IMG/VR virus record: IMGVR_UViG_3300032268_000966
Reading direction: 5' to 3' (one strand)
Length of the DNA stretch: 20,000 bases
From: an uncultured virus (IMG/VR IMGVR_UViG_3300032268_000966)
Taxonomy: Duplodnaviria; Heunggongvirae; Uroviricota; Caudoviricetes
Notes under the pieces: model-generated
What the model saw: the letters and a program-made list of their open reading frames with translations, nothing else
Database searches by the model: none
Told to the model about the DNA's origin: nothing
Shown: positions 8,273-15,239 of the stretch, in pieces
Position numbering within the stretch: position 1 is the stretch's first letter
Layout: each line of letters opens with the position of its first letter
Program-made: the position numbers and the translations under genes

Positions 8273-9900
8273 TAAAGGATTTTTTGATACTCTTCTTTTA
8301 TTTGTTTTGCGACGTTAGAGGAGAAGTATTTCTCTACGTCTACAGGAGGTTCGAATTTTTCTTTTGATAAAATAAATCCACCTGAATCTACTTTATAAAT
8401 CCAACTTGGTTTTCCGCACATCCATCCTTCGATAGTTGTTCGTCCTAATTGAATTCCTGCAGTTTCTTCACATCTATATATGAAATTTTCTACAGACCAA
8501 GTAGGAGGGAAATATTTTACATGAGGTTCAAATAAAACTTGTTGTAGATAGTTTGATTTGTCTTCTCCCACTAACCAAAGTTCTTTACCCTCCTCTTTTG
8601 TTCTCTCCATTAAATCTAAGATTGTTTCTTTTCTTAGATAATCTATGGTACCAACAAATAATACAGAATTTTCTGTCTTAACTAAAGGTTTTGGTTTAAA
8701 TTTATCATTGTCAATTGGATTATAAATAATGTCAATTTGTTCTTCAGGTATTTCAAATTTATCTACAATATGGTCCTTAATTTCGGGTCTAATTGCAATA
8801 TATTTTTTAATTGATTCATGTTTGATAGGGTCTTCTAATTCTATAACTTCAGAATGAATAGAATAAATTTTATCTATCTCAGGATAAAATTGAATCATTC
8901 TTTCGGCAACAGGTTTATGTTGCATATGAATAATATCAAAGTTAACTTCAGAAACACGATACATTACATTTTCAGTTGATACTTTAAATCCTTCAGGTGT
9001 GTTGAATCCCCATTTACCATCACCAAGTTTAAATCCAGGTGCTGCTTCAAATGGTATACATTTAATCCCTAGTTTTTTTGCCATATCAGTTAATGGCCCA
9101 CCTATTTGGGACATAACAGTAACATCACAGTTTTGTTTAATTAAATTCTTTGCAAGTTCAAAAATATATAATTCAGAACCAGTAAAAGTTCTAAAGAACA
9201 AAGATGATATTAAAACTTTAATTCTTCTTTGTGGGTCGTAGTTAAGTTTAACAGGTAAATTTTTTGCGTATTTTGATTCAAACAATTTTCTATTCTCTTC
9301 CCATTGTTCATTAGTTTGACCAATTGACCTGTGAGTAATTCTAATATTAGTAATAACACCAACTTTAACTCCTTCAATATGGTTTTCAAAACAAAAAGGA
9401 ATATCATAAAAGTGAAACCCTTTAAAGTCTTCGTTAAAATTCTTTTTAATTTTTCTTTTGTCAATTGCAATGAATAGACCGTCAACAACAACTGTTTCTA
9501 TAATTGAGTTACCTAAGGACTCTGAGTATTTTGATTCCCATTTCTTTCCATCACTTTCATGATTAACAATGCCAACCATCTTTCTTCTGTCTTCCCACCA
9601 CATTCCACTACTTGGCATTTGAGTTGTTCCTGCCATACCAAGAATACCAAAATCACTTTTTTCAAAATGTTTTAATAATTTGTTATACCAAGAATTTGTA
9701 TCAAAATATATATCATCATGACAAAACACAACAATGTCAGTCTTTGATTCTGACAAGACTTCATTATAAACTTGGGCAAGAGACTTCTCACCGTTGTTAA
9801 CTTTTTCAATGACCTCAAGTTTTTTAAACCCTGAACTCTTTTTTAGATATTCTGTAAACTCTGGTTTACTCTCTCTTGTTGAGTATGCTATTGTAATCAT
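8272..9900 (-). CDS. Two-domain glycosyltransferase: N-terminal GT-A (GT2-like) plus C-terminal GT-B (GT4-like)
   Basis: N-terminal: SLAQVYN, VVFCHDDIYF, GILGMAG, VVDGLFIA, GFHFYD, ITHRS.G. C-terminal from about aa 227: KVLISS..TGSELYIFELAKNL, IIYNPID, LFVGTID, GRTTIEGWMCGKP. Confidence 0.82.
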   Translation of the reverse strand: MITIAYSTRESKPEFTEYLKKSSGFKKLEVIEKVNNGEKSLAQVYNEVLSESKTDIVVFCHDDIYFDTNSWYNKLLKHFEKSDFGILGMAGTTQMPSSGMWWEDRRKMVGIVNHESDGKKWESKYSESLGNSIIETVVVDGLFIAIDKRKIKKNFNEDFKGFHFYDIPFCFENHIEGVKVGVITNIRITHRSIGQTNEQWEENRKLFESKYAKNLPVKLNYDPQRRIKVLISSLFFRTFTGSELYIFELAKNLIKQNCDVTVMSQIGGPLTDMAKKLGIKCIPFEAAPGFKLGDGKWGFNTPEGFKVSTENVMYRVSEVNFDIIHMQHKPVAERMIQFYPEIDKIYSIHSEVIELEDPIKHESIKKYIAIRPEIKDHIVDKFEIPEEQIDIIYNPIDNDKFKPKPLVKTENSVLFVGTIDYLRKETILDLMERTKEEGKELWLVGEDKSNYLQQVLFEPHVKYFPPTWSVENFIYRCEETAGIQLGRTTIEGWMCGKPSWIYKVDSGGFILSKEKFEPPVDVEKYFSSNVAKQIKEEYQKIL

Positions 9901-9904
9901 ATAA

Positions 9905-10522
9905 TTAAATTATTCCCGTACTTCCAAATCCGTTATCACCTCTGTCCTTATCTTCAATTTTATCAATCTTTTCTAATTGTACAAAAGTACCATTAACAAC
10001 AGGACATAAGACAGCTTGAGCAATTTTCATTCCTTTGGTTACAATCACTTCATGATTATTTGTATTAAACATAATCACTTTAATTTCTCCATTATAACCT
10101 GAATCAACAGTTCCTGGTGTGTTTAGTACTGTTAATCCTTGGTTTATTGCTAAACCACTTTTAGGTCTAACTTGTATTTCATATTCATCAGGTATAGATA
10201 ACTTAAGACCTGTTGGAATTAATGCTCTTCCGAATGCGGATAGTTTATAATCTATTGTTGAATATAAATCAAACCCTGAATCAGACGGGTAAGCGTAAGA
10301 TGGAAATTTCGCATCTTCGTGTATTAATTCAACACCAAGACGTTTAGTTCTAAGAGTTATTTCAGTCTCTCTGTTCATTTCTTCAACTGACATTCCCAAC
10401 ATATCTTCTAATTGTTTTATATAATCTAAATCAGGTTCTATTCCTGAATCTGATTTTATCTTTTCAAATTGTTCTAAAACTTGTGACCAAACCTCTGGGG
10501 TTACTTCATTATCTTGTTTCAT
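9905..10522 (-). CDS. dut: dUTP diphosphatase (trimeric type) with ~60-aa N-terminal extension
   Basis: All five motifs: SGFDL, RPKSGLA, GTVDSGYNGEIKV, KIAQAV, RGDNGFGSTG. Confidence 0.95.
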   Translation of the reverse strand: MKQDNEVTPEVWSQVLEQFEKIKSDSGIEPDLDYIKQLEDMLGMSVEEMNRETEITLRTKRLGVELIHEDAKFPSYAYPSDSGFDLYSTIDYKLSAFGRALIPTGLKLSIPDEYEIQVRPKSGLAINQGLTVLNTPGTVDSGYNGEIKVIMFNTNNHEVIVTKGMKIAQAVLCPVVNGTFVQLEKIDKIEDKDRGDNGFGSTGII

Positions 10523-11223
10523 TATTTTAATTTTAATAGTTTGTTAATTACGTCGATTAAAACTGATACATCCTTTTCACAGTATTCAACAATACCTAAG
10601 ATATCTTTTTTAACCCAAAACGCTTCATGAACTTTATTACCTGTAACTTCCATGTTTTTAGATGATTCAACTCCTAAACAAACACACATTAATTCTAACG
10701 ATGCGATGGAACCATATCCACCGTATTGCCAAAGTTCCTTAGTATCTAAAGCTTTAATTTCCCATGGTTTAGTATCATGACCTGGTAATATTTTCGGAGG
10801 AAGAATACCATTCATCATCATTCTTTTTGCCAACATTGGAATATCAAATCCTTTAACATTGTGACCACATAAAAAGAAGTTTAATTCTCCAACTCGTTTA
10901 AGCAGTTTTTGAACCTCCTCTAATAGTTTCTTTTCATCAGGGTCACTGAAAGATTGCATTTTGGTTTCACCTTTGTCTGTAACAAAGGCAACACTAACAC
11001 AGGCAATTCTTGCAAACTCAGGTACTAATGCCGCTCTATTTACAAACATGTCACCAACAGGTTTATCTGCATCTTCAGGAAATCTTTTTTGAAACCAATC
11101 GTGGTAATTTTTAAATTGGTATGCTAGCTCAGGTCTGTTAGACTCAAGAGATTCCCAATCTGATTGAATACCGACAGTTTCGATATCTAAAAATAAAATC
11201 TTCGTTAAAGGTATGTTTATCAT
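10522..11223 (-). CDS. Stand-alone PolB-like 3'-5' exonuclease (DEDDy, DNA_pol_B_exo2-like)
   Basis: ExoI LFLDIETV, ExoII GHNVKGFDIPML, ExoIII EYCEKDV; no polymerase domain. Confidence 0.88.
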   Translation of the reverse strand: MINIPLTKILFLDIETVGIQSDWESLESNRPELAYQFKNYHDWFQKRFPEDADKPVGDMFVNRAALVPEFARIACVSVAFVTDKGETKMQSFSDPDEKKLLEEVQKLLKRVGELNFFLCGHNVKGFDIPMLAKRMMMNGILPPKILPGHDTKPWEIKALDTKELWQYGGYGSIASLELMCVCLGVESSKNMEVTGNKVHEAFWVKKDILGIVEYCEKDVSVLIDVINKLLKLK

Positions 11224-12434
11224 TATATGATTGATTTATAAAATTCTGCTCTTGTTTTTGTTACAACATTAAGGTCGTACTTGTCCTTTACGGTCTCATA
11301 TAACCTTTCTCCCATATCTTTTGCTAAGTTAGGATTTTTTACCAACTTCTCAATAAATTTTGGCCAATCGGCGTGATTTCTATTTTCATTTACTAACATA
11401 GCATTACCGTCAACAAACTCACCATTTTTCATACAATGTTTTAAATCGATAGTATAAGGACCTAAGTCAGATGCTATTAATGCTTTCTTATAAAATCCAG
11501 CTTCAATAACTTTCAACTGAGATTTCATTCTATTAAACATTGTGTTTTTAATTGGTGATAAGGACACATCAAATTTAGCATAATTTTTTGCATATGATGT
11601 TACTGGTTTAGTCCAAACTCTCAAATATGGTTCGTCAATATCACCAGTATAACTTTCTTGATTATAGTTAATCAAATGTTTTTTATACTCATCGGATACA
11701 ATTGAATAGTTCTGTGTAAAGATTTTTTCATACTGAGCCCAAACAGTTTCATGAGGAAGAATATTACGTTTAGTTTGTTCTCCTGTTTGTGCATTAATTT
11801 CAGTTACACTACCTCTAGTGTCAAATCCACATAATACATATTGAAGTTTATCTTTCAAAGAAAAAATCTTACCAAACCCTTGGTCTAATAATTGAATATC
11901 ATGTAAGTGGGAAGAACCTCCTAACCAACCAATTCTAAGTCTATCAGACTCTAATGTTGGTTCTTTAAATTGAGATTCGTTTGGATTAATTGCGTTAGGA
12001 AATACAACAACATTCTTATTTAATTTACTAATTTCATCAGCAAATAAAGATGTTGTGGTTGTAACATACTTTGCAACTTTTAAGTTCGCAGTAATTTTTT
12101 CATTAATCTTGTGAACTTTAATAATATCGTGGATGGGGTGTTCTTTACCAGGCATCCAATAATCATCAATATCACAAACAGTTATAACTCCTAATGAGTT
12201 TAACATTTGAATAAGACGATGAGCCCTTTCAAAATCGGGTCCGATACTTCTATGGAATGAAACTATTTGATATTGAGTCCAATAGTTAACGTCATCATAC
12301 GGTGGTTCATAAACGATATCGACGTGAAAATCATCAGGATAGAGATTTTGTAAAAAGATGTGCGGGTCTACTGACCTAAACTTACCAACTCCTGTTCTAT
12401 CGGATGGTACAACGAGTACTTTGATTTTTGACAT
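11223..12434 (-). CDS. GT-B (GT4-like) glycosyltransferase
   Basis: TGVGKFRSVDPH, CDIDDYW, VTTTTSLFA, VFPNAI, IGWLGGSSHLHD, FDVSLSPIK..FNRMKSQLKVIEAG, IASDLGPY. Confidence 0.85.
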   Translation of the reverse strand: MSKIKVLVVPSDRTGVGKFRSVDPHIFLQNLYPDDFHVDIVYEPPYDDVNYWTQYQIVSFHRSIGPDFERAHRLIQMLNSLGVITVCDIDDYWMPGKEHPIHDIIKVHKINEKITANLKVAKYVTTTTSLFADEISKLNKNVVVFPNAINPNESQFKEPTLESDRLRIGWLGGSSHLHDIQLLDQGFGKIFSLKDKLQYVLCGFDTRGSVTEINAQTGEQTKRNILPHETVWAQYEKIFTQNYSIVSDEYKKHLINYNQESYTGDIDEPYLRVWTKPVTSYAKNYAKFDVSLSPIKNTMFNRMKSQLKVIEAGFYKKALIASDLGPYTIDLKHCMKNGEFVDGNAMLVNENRNHADWPKFIEKLVKNPNLAKDMGERLYETVKDKYDLNVVTKTRAEFYKSII

Positions 12435-12451
12435 AAATTTTAATATATACT

Positions 12452-12475
12452 CAAAAGTATAACAAAATATGTCAA
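12452..12475 (-). promoter_or_regulatory. Candidate host-RNAP promoter for the glycosylation cluster
   Basis: The 54-nt gap upstream of the 12434 start reads, on the minus strand, TTTGACATATTTTGTTATACTTTTGAG: TACTTTTG (12459-12452) fits the Bacteroidota -7 TAnnTTTG consensus; TTGACA at 12475-12470. Spacing is non-canonical. Confidence 0.45.
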
Positions 12476-12488
12476 ATAAGAAAAGGTG

Positions 12489-13118
12489 TTAGGCCAACTT
12501 TTTAATTTTGGTAACTTTACCTTCAAACACGTGCTTACCTACTTTAAAGCTAAAAATTTCATTAGATTTTTCAGAACTTTCCATAAGTAATCCGTTTTCT
12601 CTAAGTGCATTACTTACGGCTTCATTAATCATTTTTTGAATTAATTTGTAATTAATACCACTAACACTAGAAGTTTGTTGTGGAGATTCCGATTGAGTTT
12701 TTGGTTTTGCTGATTCAGGAACATATCCACTATCATTACCTCTCATCAATCTTGACGCTCTTTCAATTAAGTCATTAGATAATGTTGCTTCAGGTTGTTG
12801 TTGTTGCGCAATTGGATGTTCCATCATTAACCTCTTAATATCATCAGGAAGTTTTGAATTTTTAATTGCATCAACGGTTGGATTACCAACTGGTTTTGTA
12901 TTCACTCTAGGGAGCTCTGATAAATAAGGTTGTTGAACTTGTGGTTGTTCTTGTAGATATTCTTGAGGAATATTATACTTTGCTTGTGGCATATCAAAAT
13001 CTTGCAAAGATGTTGGAGGTAATCCTCCACTCATTGTATTATTACTTTTACCAAATTTTGGACTATCCATAATAGCTTTAGATGCCGCTAATCTGCTCAT
13101 TAAATCATTTTCGTTCAT
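12489..13118 (-). CDS. Hypothetical phage protein, Q/P-rich
   Basis: 209-aa ORF in a tightly packed string; low-complexity middle, IKNSKLPDDIKRLMMEHPI core, C-terminal beta-hairpin FSFKVGKHVFEGKV. Confidence 0.75.
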   Translation of the reverse strand: MNENDLMSRLAASKAIMDSPKFGKSNNTMSGGLPPTSLQDFDMPQAKYNIPQEYLQEQPQVQQPYLSELPRVNTKPVGNPTVDAIKNSKLPDDIKRLMMEHPIAQQQQPEATLSNDLIERASRLMRGNDSGYVPESAKPKTQSESPQQTSSVSGINYKLIQKMINEAVSNALRENGLLMESSEKSNEIFSFKVGKHVFEGKVTKIKKLA

Positions 13119-13124
13119 AATATA

Positions 13125-13598
13125 TTAAGTTTGTGGAGTTGGAGTAGGCGTTGGTGTTTCTTGTGTTGGTATTTCTTGTGTTGGTTGTGGTTGTTGTGTT
13201 TCTTGAGGTTGTTGATTATCAAATTTTGCATTGATAATTACACTGACCATACTTTTATCTCCGTTAAAATTATAATTAGGCTTTGGAGTATTGTAAACTT
13301 CACCTGTTGGTTTAATTGACAATATCTTGTCTAACCTAAAAATTCTCCATCCTGGTAATGGTTGTTCTCCCTTATATGCTGTGTGAGAAGCACCTTCATC
13401 ATCCCAAGCTCTTAAAATCTTGTTGCCCGCTTTACTTGTTCCTAAGCAAACAGGTTCAATTTGTCTAATACCTCTACCACCTGGTTCATCACCATCATAA
13501 TAGATAATCACTATCTGTCTTTTTTTAATGGCGTCAACAACACCATCGATAGAAGCGATTTCACATATTAGACCTTTAAGTGCTTGATTTAATTTCAT
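13125..13598 (-). CDS. Stand-alone WYL-domain protein with Q/P/T-rich tail
   Basis: AIKKRQIVIIYY, RQIEPVCLG, LRAWD, WRIFRLDKILSI = WYL-like pattern; no N-terminal wHTH and no C-terminal WCX recognisable. Confidence 0.75.
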   Translation of the reverse strand: MKLNQALKGLICEIASIDGVVDAIKKRQIVIIYYDGDEPGGRGIRQIEPVCLGTSKAGNKILRAWDDEGASHTAYKGEQPLPGWRIFRLDKILSIKPTGEVYNTPKPNYNFNGDKSMVSVIINAKFDNQQPQETQQPQPTQEIPTQETPTPTPTPQT

Positions 13599-13891
13599 TA
13601 AAAATTAGGATAAGTTTTTGATGAATTAAATTTGTTAATTTTGATTTCGTTTTTTCTTTCCATAACGTCGTCAATAGTTCCAGCGTTTACGTTGTAGACA
13701 TCTAAGAAGGTACCTGTACCTCTACCCATAGAATCTCCGTCGGCAACAGCATCTCTGTTTACTGATGAATATTCATTACCTACAGCGTTATAGTCGTTTT
13801 TTGGTATTAATTTAGCTCTTTCCGCTTCAGCATAGGCTGTAAGTGCGTTTGGTTCGTTTTGAGATAAATCAACAATTAGTTCATTTGCCAT
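13598..13891 (-). CDS. Hypothetical phage protein
   Basis: 97-aa ORF with TAATG overlap to the next gene; contains ADGDSMGRGTG. Confidence 0.7.
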   Translation of the reverse strand: MANELIVDLSQNEPNALTAYAEAERAKLIPKNDYNAVGNEYSSVNRDAVADGDSMGRGTGTFLDVYNVNAGTIDDVMERKNEIKINKFNSSKTYPNF

Positions 13892-13893
13892 GA

Positions 13894-14370
13894 TTATAAT
13901 TTTGAAATTAGTTCGTTTATTCTTTTTAGGCTTTCAGTTACCGCAGTATTATATCTATAAACGGTACTGGTATGTTCTTGTGAAGGCCTTACATTATTAA
14001 AGTTTTTCTTTTCGTGAGGTTTTAAAAACTGATTTTGCATTCCTGCATTCATTTTATTTGTTTTGGTCATTTTTTCGTAATCTCTCATTTTCCTCAATTC
14101 ATTTTCCACCCAATTTTTCATTACAACACCCCCATTTAAAATAAACGGAGCTTCATTATGATTACCACTAAAATTATCAAAAAAGTTTTTAATCCTTTTT
14201 AATTGTTTGTATTCAATAAAATTTTGACCTTGTAGTTCTTGATTTCTATTAAACCCTTCAATATTTTCATTGGCACCTTTAACCATACGGAAACATTTTT
14301 TCATGTGTTCCTGTTTGTCTTTAGGAAATTCAATTTCTCCTTTGGCCGAATTATATAGGTCCTTATTCAT
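13894..14370 (-). CDS. Hypothetical phage protein, possibly head-associated
   Basis: 158-aa ORF; core G.NR.QEL...LKRIKNFFD...LNGG..M.NW; ends VTESLKRINELISKL. Confidence 0.7.
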   Translation of the reverse strand: MNKDLYNSAKGEIEFPKDKQEHMKKCFRMVKGANENIEGFNRNQELQGQNFIEYKQLKRIKNFFDNFSGNHNEAPFILNGGVVMKNWVENELRKMRDYEKMTKTNKMNAGMQNQFLKPHEKKNFNNVRPSQEHTSTVYRYNTAVTESLKRINELISKL

Positions 14371-14371
14371 A

Positions 14372-15187
14372 TTATTTTTTTAATTCTGTTCTTAGAAATT
14401 TAATCAAGTCATCAATTTGAAGACCTTGACGTTCTGCTTGTTTTTTTAAGTTAGCAATATTTCTTTTTAGAATTTTAAAATCGTCAACATTCTTTTCATT
14501 CACGTCACCATCTTCTGAAGATTTCTTATTTGCCAAAAGGTCCTCAACCATTTTGATTGCCTTTTGTTTTTGAATCTCAGATAATGTTGCTCTTGTGATA
14601 AAGTTTTTATCTTTATAGTATTTTGATTTTTTATCTTTCTTACCTGATGGGTCTTTACCTTGTTGCTTTGTTCTTTCTTTAGCATCATCAGGTTCCATTC
14701 CCATATCTTTAACCAAATATTTGTAAGTGTCTTCACCATCCATGTCTTCAGTTTCCTCATATCCAAACGCTCCTGACATGTCAATTTCTTTCATTTCACT
14801 TTCACCATAGTAAGTTCTATATCCACGAGAGATTGGGTCGTTTGTAATTCTTGATGCCGCCACAGTTTGGTCCATAGTTTTTCTTGGGTGAAGCCTAGGG
14901 TCTAAAATAGGAATTGCAGAGTTTGACATTGCTCCGTCAGCATTAACCAGTTCTTCCAAATCTTTTTTTAAAGTTTTGGTATCCTTAATTTTTTTCTCTT
15001 TGGCAACTTTTTTTAAATGTTTTTTTACTTTCTCACCCTTACTTTTTTCGAAGTGAATTACCTCGTCTTTTTTGCGAGCTTCAGTTAAATTTCCTTCCAC
15101 AGAGAAATATAAGGAATATTTACTCCCCTTGTCTCTTAAGAGAAAATAATATGGCGATGAATAAAATTCGGTATCTGTTGCAATCAT
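14372..15187 (-). CDS. Hypothetical highly charged phage protein
   Basis: 271-aa K/E/D-rich ORF, first gene of the leftward block, preceded by GTATTTAT. Confidence 0.75.
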   Translation of the reverse strand: MIATDTEFYSSPYYFLLRDKGSKYSLYFSVEGNLTEARKKDEVIHFEKSKGEKVKKHLKKVAKEKKIKDTKTLKKDLEELVNADGAMSNSAIPILDPRLHPRKTMDQTVAASRITNDPISRGYRTYYGESEMKEIDMSGAFGYEETEDMDGEDTYKYLVKDMGMEPDDAKERTKQQGKDPSGKKDKKSKYYKDKNFITRATLSEIQKQKAIKMVEDLLANKKSSEDGDVNEKNVDDFKILKRNIANLKKQAERQGLQIDDLIKFLRTELKK

Positions 15188-15202
15188 CTGTTCTTTTTAT
15201 CA

Positions 15203-15230
15203 TATAAATACCACGACACAATGTATTTAT
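15203..15230. promoter_or_regulatory. Divergent promoter region with an 8-bp inverted repeat (putative phage late promoters)
   Basis: ATAAATAC (15204-15211) and GTATTTAT (15223-15230), 11 nt apart, in the 52-nt gap between divergent genes; TATAAATA at 15203-15210 equals the T4 late promoter consensus. Confidence 0.6.
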
Positions 15231-15239
15231 CATTAGTTT

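Noticed and set aside
5213..9800. ORFs 5213..5518, 7978..8190, 8999..9241, 9210..9491, 9612..9800
   Set aside because: Antisense or alternate-frame shadows lying wholly inside well-supported enzyme genes; no recognisable motifs.
1..12434. Ordinary bacterial O-antigen/capsule locus
   Set aside because: No wzx/wzy/wzz or membrane proteins seen, interspersed dut and exonuclease, and contiguous phage-type genes. It cannot be fully excluded without the left flank.
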